DNA of 64,000 nucleotides from an uncultured Chlamydiae bacterium (GTDB lineage Bacteria; Chlamydiota; Chlamydiia; Chlamydiales; Rhabdochlamydiaceae): NCBI GenBank assembly GCA_945952445.1, contig CAMFIG010000003.1, positions 4,158 to 68,157 of the forward strand, read 5' to 3'. Shown piece by piece: positions 55,946 to 64,000 of this stretch (position 1 is its first letter; each line of letters starts with the position of its first letter). The notes under the pieces were generated by a model. It saw only the letters and a program-made list of their open reading frames with translations, ran no database searches and was not told where the DNA came from. The position numbers and the translations under genes were made by a program.

Positions 55946-57622
55946 ATGTCCTCAGACAATTTTGATATCAGACGCATTCTTCCACCTGACATGACTCCAT
56001 CCCAAGAAACACCGCCTCCAAATTACAGTTTTGAAGACTACACAGACAACTGGAGCAATTGGCAAAACCAGTTCCCAATGCTCCCCCCAGGATCTAGCGG
56101 CAACGTCTCTTTTATGGTACCCAATAACGATGGCACAATGAATACAAGCTATCCCATCACTCCAGGGGCTAACAGCCCAGCCCAGAGCAATTGCCCTGGC
56201 CTTGCTGTAGGAGGGTGGACAGCCTCGCAGCCCGGAGGAAGCTTGTACAATATTTTAACGCAACCGAATACAGGAGGACTGACACAAGCCCAGCAGACTT
56301 TGATCAATACCATTTTGCAAGCAGCAGAGCAAAATGGTTATAAAAGAATTATCATGGACTATGAAAACTACAGCAATCCTCCTCCTAATCCATCTTTCTA
56401 CACCAATTTTCTCGAAGCTTTAGGACAGAAGCTACATTCTGCCGGTATGAGCTTGGAAATGGCGATGTCTCCAAGCCCTGAGAATCAACGATACTATAAC
56501 ATCGGTGATCTTGTAAGCTCCGGCTCTGTGGATGACTTTCAAGTGATGTGCTATGACTATGCCATGGGTCTTCCATCGCCGGTGAAAATAGCAGCAAATT
56601 CTGGAGTTGCACAAACACAGTCATACTTAAAACTGCTCTTAGGAAATGGACCCGGACAAATTCCGCCTAACAAAGCTACCATTGGCGTTGCTTTGTATGG
56701 CATCAGCTATACCGTCCAATCGGGAATGACCCCTTCTGAAGTTTCTGCTGCCTTAGCAGGCGGGACATTAACTGGGGCATACACCAACCCAAACAGCCCC
56801 CAGATTTCCGATGATGAGATACTGCAAAATATCGGGAGCTGGACAAATCCAAACAACCCCTGGTCTCTTGTCCACGATGGAACGTCTCCTCCGAATTATT
56901 TTTACTACAACTCGGAGACAGGCACCCTCTACAGTGCTTTTCCACCAGCTTCTATCGACGATTTTGCCTCGATGATCAAAACAAATTATCCGGGAGTTGC
57001 CGGTTTTTTTACGTGGGATGCAGACAATGACAGATCGGGACAAATGATGCAGCAACTTGAGCTAGCGCTGATCGGCAACCAACCTCCCTCTCTGGATGTG
57101 TGTATCAGTGAATTCCAATCTTGGCTTCAAAGCTTGCAAGGCGTCTCTCCTGCCTGGATACAGCAGGTAGAAAACGGTCTAAAAACTCAATGCACGACAG
57201 TGCCTGCGATGGCCTCTTGGCTCAATCAGTTATTTCATGCAGAAGATGCAAGTGGCAAAGATATCTATCAGCAAAGCGGCCTTTTATCTGCTTCTCCAGC
57301 AGGCAACGTGATCAACCGGCTAGACAGCCTATTTTCAACCTACACTAACTTGCTACCTTACATCATGCCGCCTTATAATGTGTCAATTCCCACTCCTACC
57401 TTTGCAGATACAGCATTAGCGCAGACACAAGCCTGGACGCCGGATTCTGCGGGCGGAGAGTCCTTGAAATCCCTGCTTCTTGCTCAGCTGGAATCTCAAG
57501 GATCTGACTACCAAAAAACCGCATTAGACCAATGGGCCTACTCACTAGACCCATCTAAATATGCGAACCTATCTGCTGCAGACTCTGCTATGTTCACCCT
57601 GATTACCGGAGCATGGCTTTAA
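55946..57622 (+). CDS. GH18-like protein 2 (distant paralogue of 5395-6417) with P-rich N-terminus and ~190-aa C-terminal extension
   Basis: 558 aa. The strand-4 motif is reduced to IIMDYE (D138, E140; nt 56357-56365). It also has FQVMCYDYAMG (the GH18 MxYD motif) and VAGFFTWDADNDRSG (the GH18 C-terminal W motif). No signal peptide. Confidence 0.5.
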   Translation: MSSDNFDIRRILPPDMTPSQETPPPNYSFEDYTDNWSNWQNQFPMLPPGSSGNVSFMVPNNDGTMNTSYPITPGANSPAQSNCPGLAVGGWTASQPGGSLYNILTQPNTGGLTQAQQTLINTILQAAEQNGYKRIIMDYENYSNPPPNPSFYTNFLEALGQKLHSAGMSLEMAMSPSPENQRYYNIGDLVSSGSVDDFQVMCYDYAMGLPSPVKIAANSGVAQTQSYLKLLLGNGPGQIPPNKATIGVALYGISYTVQSGMTPSEVSAALAGGTLTGAYTNPNSPQISDDEILQNIGSWTNPNNPWSLVHDGTSPPNYFYYNSETGTLYSAFPPASIDDFASMIKTNYPGVAGFFTWDADNDRSGQMMQQLELALIGNQPPSLDVCISEFQSWLQSLQGVSPAWIQQVENGLKTQCTTVPAMASWLNQLFHAEDASGKDIYQQSGLLSASPAGNVINRLDSLFSTYTNLLPYIMPPYNVSIPTPTFADTALAQTQAWTPDSAGGESLKSLLLAQLESQGSDYQKTALDQWAYSLDPSKYANLSAADSAMFTLITGAWL

Positions 57623-59145
57623 TACGATTTGGCAAAGATCACCCGGCGGGAGCTTTTAGCACCGGAGATCACACAGGAGCCTTCTTCCTCGCAGCCGTCT
57701 AAGGGGATACAGCGGATGGTGACGTTCAGGTCGTTTTTAACGATCTCTTCTACTTGGGGATCGCCGCTCCAATGGCATAGAGCAAATCCTCCATGAATCT
57801 CCGGCTGTTCGGTGTTTTTCGGAGTGAAAAACCGATAAAACTCTTCTTTGGAATCGATCCGATGCGTATGCTGCAAACGAAAGGCTAAAGCCTTTTCTAA
57901 AAGGGCATCATGCATTGCATCCAAGATGCTTGGCAGCTGTCTTACTAACTCCTGTCTTGACATAGAAACTGTCTGCTTATGAGGCTGATCTCTTCGGGTG
58001 ACGCATAGGGCATCCTGCGCGATATCCCGAGGGCCTATTTCAATGCGGATAGGAACCCCTTTTTTGATCCAAGACCATACCTTATCGCCTCCTCGCATGT
58101 CTCTTTCGTCCACTTGCACTTGGAGATTTCTGCCATAATAGACTTGCTGACCGAGCTCTTTTGCAAGGGCGTGGCAGTACGATAAGACCTCAGAGCGGGT
58201 TTCTTCTTTGTGGATAACAGGGATAATCACTGCATGTGCCGTCGCGATACGAGGAGGCAACACAAGCCCATCATCATCGCTATGGGTCATCACAAGAGCG
58301 CCTATCATCCTCGTCGTCATCCCCCAAGATGTCGTCCAAGCATGTTCTATGTTGCCCTGCGCGTCCCGAAAGCGGATACTGGCTGCTTTTGCAAAGTTCT
58401 GTCCTAAGAAATGCGACGTGCCCCCTTGGAGGGCTTTTCGATCCTGCATCATCGCCTCGATAGTGTAGGTAGCGACAGCGCCAGGGAATCTCTCGGAAGG
58501 AGTCTTTTCTCCCTTAATGACAGGAATGGCTAAATACTCTCGAGCAAACGTCTCATAAACATCGAGCATCTGCCTCGTTTCAAAAAGAGCTTCTTCTTGT
58601 GTTGCATGAGCCGTATGCCCTTCTTGCCAGAGAAACTCTGTCGTGCGCAGAAACATACGCGTGCGCATCTCCCAACGGACGACGTTCGCCCACTGGTTGA
58701 TAAGCAAAGGCAGATCTCGGTACGATTCTACCCACTTGGCAAACATCTCTCCGATGATCGTCTCAGAAGTGGGGCGCACAACCAAAGGCTCATCCAAAGG
58801 CCCTGCTGGGACTAATTTCCCTTCGGCATTTTTTTCTAATCGATGATGCGTCACAACAGCGCATTCCTTTGCAAATCCCTCGACATGTTCCGCTTCTTTT
58901 TCTAAGAAGCTCAAAGGAATAAATAGAGGAAAATAGGCGTTTTGGTGGCCTGTTGCTTTAAACATTCCATCTAAGACCTTCTGGATATTTTCCCAAATTC
59001 CATATCCCCACGGTTTAATCACCATGCATCCTCTGACCGGAGAATGCTCCGCCAGGTCGGCCGCTTTGAGTACCTGCTGATACCATTCAGGATAGTTTTC
59101 CATACGCGTTGGTTGGATTGCATGCTTCGTTTTTTCAGACATCAC
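57619..59145 (-). CDS. proS: Prolyl-tRNA synthetase (archaeal/eukaryotic-type)
   Basis: 508 aa with NYPEWYQQVLKAADLAEHSPVRGCMVIKPWGYGIWENIQ at the N-terminus, class II motifs and a C-terminal ...FAKSY ending in Tyr. Confidence 0.95.
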   Translation of the reverse strand: MMSEKTKHAIQPTRMENYPEWYQQVLKAADLAEHSPVRGCMVIKPWGYGIWENIQKVLDGMFKATGHQNAYFPLFIPLSFLEKEAEHVEGFAKECAVVTHHRLEKNAEGKLVPAGPLDEPLVVRPTSETIIGEMFAKWVESYRDLPLLINQWANVVRWEMRTRMFLRTTEFLWQEGHTAHATQEEALFETRQMLDVYETFAREYLAIPVIKGEKTPSERFPGAVATYTIEAMMQDRKALQGGTSHFLGQNFAKAASIRFRDAQGNIEHAWTTSWGMTTRMIGALVMTHSDDDGLVLPPRIATAHAVIIPVIHKEETRSEVLSYCHALAKELGQQVYYGRNLQVQVDERDMRGGDKVWSWIKKGVPIRIEIGPRDIAQDALCVTRRDQPHKQTVSMSRQELVRQLPSILDAMHDALLEKALAFRLQHTHRIDSKEEFYRFFTPKNTEQPEIHGGFALCHWSGDPQVEEIVKNDLNVTIRCIPLDGCEEEGSCVISGAKSSRRVIFAKSY

Positions 59146-59861
59146 AAATCTCTTGTTATGGTTGTTTTGAGCAATTCTTTCAGCTTTCTACGGCCATCGA
59201 GAAGATCTTGCCGTGTCGCTTCTTTCCCAAGCAAGGGAAAGGTACAAGAAAACATCGATTCTATCACTTGGCTGCCTGGAAGCAAGACAGTCTCTAAATA
59301 CTCCCTGTCCGGCATGCAAAGGCTTACGCTTCCCTGATGGACATAGCCATATTTTGTCTTTCTTTGCGCCGCCCCTGCGATTTTTTTTCCTTGTAGCACT
59401 ACATCGTATTTCGTGGGTTTTGCCATACAGAAAAAGCGGCTTTTCTCTTCCCAAGAAGGAAGGTCTTCAGGGATGATCTCCATGGCTGCTTGTCCGGGAA
59501 TCAAGCTTTGCGCTGCCTTAAGTACTCTTTCGTTAACAAAACCATAATTTTCTAATGTATTCTGAGAAAATCGAGGATGGGATGCAGGAACGAGCACCGA
59601 AAAAGCAAAGTCCCAAATGTGGAAAATAATCCCTCCTCCAGTCGGTCTTCTGCCTAAATGGAGCCCCCTTTTTTTCGCTGCCTGCAGATCCAAAAAGTCT
59701 TTTGGATCAACAAAATAGCCATAGGTAGCACTATCACCTTCCCAATCATACAAATGGAGAATCGGTTTTGGATCCTTCTCTAAGGAGAATAAAAACTCAG
59801 AATCTCTATCCATCAGTTGCTGAGCCGGCGCTTTTCCGCTATCTACAATGCACCATTCCAT
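59142..59861 (-). CDS. Lipoate-protein ligase / octanoyltransferase family protein (BPL_LplA_LipB)
   Basis: 239 aa with RRPTGGGIIFH and the GKKIAGAAQRK catalytic-lysine region. It has a 4-nt overlap with proS, and gcvH lies in the same neighbourhood. Confidence 0.85.
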   Translation of the reverse strand: MEWCIVDSGKAPAQQLMDRDSEFLFSLEKDPKPILHLYDWEGDSATYGYFVDPKDFLDLQAAKKRGLHLGRRPTGGGIIFHIWDFAFSVLVPASHPRFSQNTLENYGFVNERVLKAAQSLIPGQAAMEIIPEDLPSWEEKSRFFCMAKPTKYDVVLQGKKIAGAAQRKTKYGYVHQGSVSLCMPDREYLETVLLPGSQVIESMFSCTFPLLGKEATRQDLLDGRRKLKELLKTTITRDL

Positions 59862-59988
59862 GGTCCTGCCTTTTTTTTACTAACGCACCAGGATACCGCG
59901 TTTTTCCTTATAAGACAAAATGTGAAAAAATCTTTCTATTTTTTATCTGACCGTGTAAACACCAGATTATCCAAGTAAGGAGTATCCT

Positions 59989-60165
59989 ATGCAAATCCCT
60001 CCCGTCAGCCCTGTGCATCCACCCGCAGACCCTCCCCGCTATCAAGCCGTGATTATGAGCATCACAAACCCAGCCACTCAAGATCAATGCACATCGCTCG
60101 TGAATCAGATGACATCTATCAAGTTTGGCCTAACGGGGATTATACCAAAGAGCAAACTAGTTTAA
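59989..60165 (+). CDS. Possible small protein (58 aa), below the ORF-track cutoff
   Basis: The ATG is preceded by TAAGGAG at an 8-nt spacing. The ORF is MQIPPVSPVHPPADPPRYQAVIMSITNPATQDQCTSLVNQMTSIKFGLTGIIPKSKLV. It lies in the lplA-clpC intergenic region. No homology evidence. Confidence 0.3.
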   Translation: MQIPPVSPVHPPADPPRYQAVIMSITNPATQDQCTSLVNQMTSIKFGLTGIIPKSKLV

Positions 60166-60281
60166 CAAATTTACTTAACTATGTCGTAAACCAGGCTCAC
60201 TCCCCATAAGCTGGAGTTTGCTAAAAAAGAGAGCTTATCGTTACTATTCGGCATTGAGGGGCATTCAACACAGGAAAGGTC

Positions 60282-62807
60282 ATGTTTGATAAATTCACTA
60301 ACCGCGCAAAACAAGTCATTAAGCTAGCGAAAAAAGAAGCACAACGCTTGAATCATAACTATTTAGGAACCGAGCACGTCCTTCTTGGCCTATTGAAACT
60401 AGGGCAAGGGATTGCTGTGAATGTCCTGCGCAACCTCAATCTGGACTACGAAGGGGTACGCACGGAAGTAGAACGGCTGGTGGGCTTTGGGCCCGAGATC
60501 CAAGTATATGGGGATCCTGCCTTAACTGGAAAAGTGAAAAAAGTTTTTGAATTCGCAAACGAAGAGGCTGCAAGCCTCAACCACAACTATGTAGGAACAG
60601 AGCATCTACTCTTAGCCCTTTTACGACAAACAGACGGAGTAGCAGCTCAGGTCCTGGAAAACCTCAACATCAACTTAAAAGACATCCGAAGAGAGGTTCT
60701 TAAAGAACTCGAAACATTTAATCTGCAACTGCCTCCTCTTGGTATGTCTGGATCTGCAGGCGCTCAACCCTCTTCCATGAAGTCTTCGGAAAAAACCTCT
60801 TCCATGGACAAGATGCCCGCATTAAAAGCATATGGCCACGACCTGACAGAGCTCTGCAAAGAAGGCAAGCTAGATCCCGTCATCGGAAGAAAAGAAGAAG
60901 TGGAAAGGTTGATCCTCATCCTATGCAGACGAAGAAAAAACAACCCTGTTTTAATCGGAGAGGCCGGCGTTGGAAAAACTGCAATCGTCGAAGGCCTAGC
61001 TCAAGCAATCGTGAAAGGCGATGTTCCAGATCATCTCTCTAAAAAGAAACTCATCTCCTTGGATTTAACTCTGATGATCGCAGGGACAAAATACCGAGGA
61101 CAATTCGAAGAGCGCATCAAAGCCGTAATGGATGAAATCAAAAAGAACGGCAACATCCTTCTTTTCATTGACGAGATCCACACGATTGTAGGAGCCGGAG
61201 CTGCAGAAGGCGCTATCGACGCATCCAATATCTTGAAACCTGCTCTTTCAAGAGGAGAGATCCAGTGCATTGGAGCGACAACACTCGATGAATATCGAAA
61301 GCACATCGAAAAAGATGCAGCTCTTGAAAGGCGATTCCAGAAAATCTTAGTAGCTCCTCCTTCTTTAGATGAGTCTACTTCTATCTTAATGGGCTTAAAA
61401 CCCAAGTATGAAGAGCATCACAAATGTATGTATACCGATGCTGCCATCAAAAGCGCTGTGTATCTCTCTGATCGCTACATCGCAGGCCGATTTCTTCCCG
61501 ATAAAGCGATCGATCTTATCGATGAAGCGGGTGCCAAAGCGCGCATTGCCATGATGCATCAGCCGCAAAACATCACTCAGTATGAAACAGAAATTGAAGA
61601 AGTGCGCCTTGCTAAAGAGGATGCTATCGGTAAACAGGAATATGAAAAAGCCGCTAAGCTTCGCGACAACGAAAAAACCCTACGGGATAAACTCCAGCAG
61701 ATCATCCATGAATGGGAAAATAAAAAAGAAGAACACCAAGTGATCGTCGACGAAGAAGAGGTCGCATCGATCATCGCAAAACAGACAGGCATCCCCCTCA
61801 CCCGACTTACAGAGGGAGAAACGACAAAGGTCTTAAAAATGGAGGAGATCCTAAAAGGCAACATCATCGGCCAAGATGATGCCCTTAGCACTGTATGCCG
61901 AGCCATCCGCCGTAGCCGTGCTGACATTAAAGACCCAAACCGACCTATTGGAGCCTTCTTGTTCTTAGGTCCTACCGGCGTTGGAAAGACTCTGATGGCC
62001 AAGCAGCTAGCGGTCCAAATGTTTGGCGGCGAAGATGCTCTTATCCAGGTCGACATGTCGGAATACATGGAAAAATTCGCAGTCAGCCGCATGACAGGAT
62101 CTCCTCCTGGATATGTAGGCCATGAAGAAGGGGGGCAGCTTACGGAACAAGTTCGTCAAAGACCCTACTGCGTTGTCCTCTTTGATGAAATAGAAAAAGC
62201 GCACCCCGATGTGATGAACATCCTTCTCCAAATCCTTGAGGAAGGAAGGCTTACCGATTCGTTTGGAAGGAAGATCGACTTCCGCAATACGATCATCATC
62301 ATGACATCCAACTTAGGAGCCGATCTAATCCGCCGCTCCACCGAGGTTGGTTTTGCGGCCACAGAGGGAATGCTTGACTACAAAGCTATGCAAGAAAAGA
62401 TCGACTCATCTGTAAAGAAGTCATTTAAACCTGAGTTTTTAAACCGCCTCGACGGCATCGTGATCTTCAAGCCTCTCGACAAAATGCATCTTATGCAAGT
62501 TATTGACTTGGAAGTATCTAAAGTCAGAAAACGGCTTGAGCGCAAAAAACTCAAAATCGACCTGGATGAAAAAGCAAAAAATTTTCTCGTCTCAAAAGGT
62601 TTTCAACCAGAGATGGGAGCAAGGCCGCTGCGCAGGATCATTGAACAGTATTTAGAAGATCCTCTGGCTGAGCGCCTACTGCTGAATCCCGATAAAGCGG
62701 GCAGCTGGCATGTGACCTGCGAAGAGGATAAGCTTGTATTCTTAGATGCAGAAGACAAAGAAAATGAGCTAGTTACAACCGGAGAGGCCAAAGAAAAAAA
62801 AGATTAA
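60282..62807 (+). CDS. clpC: ATP-dependent Clp protease ATP-binding subunit ClpC
   Basis: 841 aa. The Clp_N double repeat is present ([11 protein letters not shown] / [11 protein letters not shown]). There are two AAA+ modules (GEAGVGKTA; GPTGVGKT) and a UVR-like linker ([12 protein letters not shown]). Confidence 0.97.
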   Translation: MFDKFTNRAKQVIKLAKKEAQRLNHNYLGTEHVLLGLLKLGQGIAVNVLRNLNLDYEGVRTEVERLVGFGPEIQVYGDPALTGKVKKVFEFANEEAASLNHNYVGTEHLLLALLRQTDGVAAQVLENLNINLKDIRREVLKELETFNLQLPPLGMSGSAGAQPSSMKSSEKTSSMDKMPALKAYGHDLTELCKEGKLDPVIGRKEEVERLILILCRRRKNNPVLIGEAGVGKTAIVEGLAQAIVKGDVPDHLSKKKLISLDLTLMIAGTKYRGQFEERIKAVMDEIKKNGNILLFIDEIHTIVGAGAAEGAIDASNILKPALSRGEIQCIGATTLDEYRKHIEKDAALERRFQKILVAPPSLDESTSILMGLKPKYEEHHKCMYTDAAIKSAVYLSDRYIAGRFLPDKAIDLIDEAGAKARIAMMHQPQNITQYETEIEEVRLAKEDAIGKQEYEKAAKLRDNEKTLRDKLQQIIHEWENKKEEHQVIVDEEEVASIIAKQTGIPLTRLTEGETTKVLKMEEILKGNIIGQDDALSTVCRAIRRSRADIKDPNRPIGAFLFLGPTGVGKTLMAKQLAVQMFGGEDALIQVDMSEYMEKFAVSRMTGSPPGYVGHEEGGQLTEQVRQRPYCVVLFDEIEKAHPDVMNILLQILEEGRLTDSFGRKIDFRNTIIIMTSNLGADLIRRSTEVGFAATEGMLDYKAMQEKIDSSVKKSFKPEFLNRLDGIVIFKPLDKMHLMQVIDLEVSKVRKRLERKKLKIDLDEKAKNFLVSKGFQPEMGARPLRRIIEQYLEDPLAERLLLNPDKAGSWHVTCEEDKLVFLDAEDKENELVTTGEAKEKKD

Positions 62808-62885
62808 CCTCTAAAAAGTAAAGCGCCGGGTACTCGAATATTCTCCCATCGGTTACAATGGATGTTTTTTTATAGAGAGCTCTCC

Positions 62886-63944
62886 ATGGCCGAGAAAAAA
62901 ACAGTTGTTGTTGGGATGTCTGGCGGCGTCGATTCTTCCGTTTCCGCCTTGCTGCTGAAGCAGCAAGGCTATCATGTCATCGGCATGTTCATGAAGAATT
63001 GGGAAGAAAAAAATTCTGAAGGACAGTGCACATCTGCTCAAGATTACGAAGATGTGATCCGAGTCTGTGAACATATCGGCATCCCTTATTATTCCGTGAA
63101 CTTTGTCCAAGAGTATTGGGATCTTGTCTTTTCCCATTTTCTCCAAGAGCTGAAGCTCGGATTTACACCGAATCCAGACATCCTCTGCAACAGAGAAATC
63201 AAATTCTCCGCTTTTTTACAAAAAGCCCTACAAGCCAATGCTGACTTTCTTGCTACAGGCCATTATTGCCAAATAGAGGAAGGCGCTCTTCTTAAAGGCA
63301 GAGATCCTGAAAAAGACCAGAGTTATTTTCTCTACACTCTATCTGACAAGATCCTATCAAAAGTCCTCTTTCCCATAGGGCATCTTACAAAAAAAGAAGT
63401 AAGAGAGATCGCAAGAGCACATCAGATCCCTACAGCAGAAAAAAAAGACAGCACAGGGATTTGTTTTATCGGTAAAAGAAACTTCAAAGAATTCATCCAA
63501 CAATATATCCCCTACCAAAAAGGCGATTTCATCTCCATCTCAGGAAAAAAAATCGGGGAACATGAAGGGATGGCCTACTATACCATCGGCCAAAGAAAAG
63601 GGCTCAAAATTGGAGGCGCAGGAGAACCGTGGTTTGTCTGTGGCAAAGACCCTCTCTCTAATACCGTAACCTTGGTACAAGGAGAAAACCACCCTGCCCT
63701 ATATAGAGACTCTCTGATAGCAACCGATGTCTCTTGGGTCAATGGGATTGGCCCAGAAAAATACCCCTACGCCTGCAAGGCAAAGATCCGCTACCGCCAA
63801 GCTGATCAAGATTGCCTTATCGAACCTTGCCAAGAAGGGCTCTTTGTTCGATTTTTAGAACCGCAAAGAGCTGTCACACCCCGCCAATCGATTGTTTTTT
63901 ACCAAGGAACAACCTGTCTTGGCGGAGCCATGATCGCTCCTTAA
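62886..63944 (+). CDS. mnmA: tRNA-specific 2-thiouridylase MnmA
   Basis: PP-loop [15 protein letters not shown], plus CN and GHY motifs. I prefer the start MAEKKTVVV (62886), but an upstream in-frame ATG at 62862 is possible. Confidence 0.93.
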   Translation: MAEKKTVVVGMSGGVDSSVSALLLKQQGYHVIGMFMKNWEEKNSEGQCTSAQDYEDVIRVCEHIGIPYYSVNFVQEYWDLVFSHFLQELKLGFTPNPDILCNREIKFSAFLQKALQANADFLATGHYCQIEEGALLKGRDPEKDQSYFLYTLSDKILSKVLFPIGHLTKKEVREIARAHQIPTAEKKDSTGICFIGKRNFKEFIQQYIPYQKGDFISISGKKIGEHEGMAYYTIGQRKGLKIGGAGEPWFVCGKDPLSNTVTLVQGENHPALYRDSLIATDVSWVNGIGPEKYPYACKAKIRYRQADQDCLIEPCQEGLFVRFLEPQRAVTPRQSIVFYQGTTCLGGAMIAP

Positions 63945-64000
63945 AAAGGCTACCTTCCCTCTTTTACAGAGATTTTTTTAGCGTGGCCTTTTTGTTTCTT

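Noticed and set aside
1-64000. CRISPR arrays, rRNA genes, IS elements or transposases, prophage genes, and a CIRCE (TTAGCACTC-N9-GAGTGCTAA) operator.
   Set aside because: None was found on reading the window. CIRCE is expected upstream of hrcA, which lies outside the 5' edge. The only repeats are the paralogue-derived ones described above.

Overview
This is a 64-kb chromosomal segment from a member of the Chlamydiae. Gene content suggests an environmental, Chlamydia-like lineage rather than Chlamydiaceae. Lineage markers are an NTT/TLC ADP/ATP translocase, the ytgABCD metal ABC transporter with the chlamydia-typical YtgC-DtxR (YtgR) fusion, an Euo-like protein, hrcA-grpE-dnaK, and an mraZ-rsmH-ftsL-pbp3-murE-amiA block. 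Most of the window is housekeeping backbone. From memory, its order matches the C. trachomatis blocks CT063-CT072, CT268-CT275, CT282-CT287 and CT394-CT396. Lineage-specific genes sit at the junctions between these conserved genes. (1) Three tandem ~1,370-aa paralogues of unknown function (9727-22365, 12.6 kb) lie between dxr and ytgD. They share an invariant Cys/His/Asp-containing core, a C-terminal array of degenerate helical repeats and a conserved QKRK tail. A 350-bp perfectly identical tract and a relic of dxr at the duplication junction record their history. This array is the strongest candidate for an undescribed system, probably a host-directed effector family. (2) A eukaryote-type USP (C19) deubiquitinase-like protein. 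(3) Two GH18-like proteins without signal peptides. (4) A minimal protein-kinase-like protein with a proline-rich N-terminus. (5) A eukaryote-type PP2C phosphatase. (6) An AAA-ATPase-like/PD-(D/E)XK protein. rsmH is split by a frameshift in a T9 homopolymer. There is one tRNA-Arg(CCT). I saw no rRNA, CRISPR array, transposase or integrase. All calls come from reading the ORF translations and sequence by eye, with no database search, so the family names are recognitions that need confirmation.
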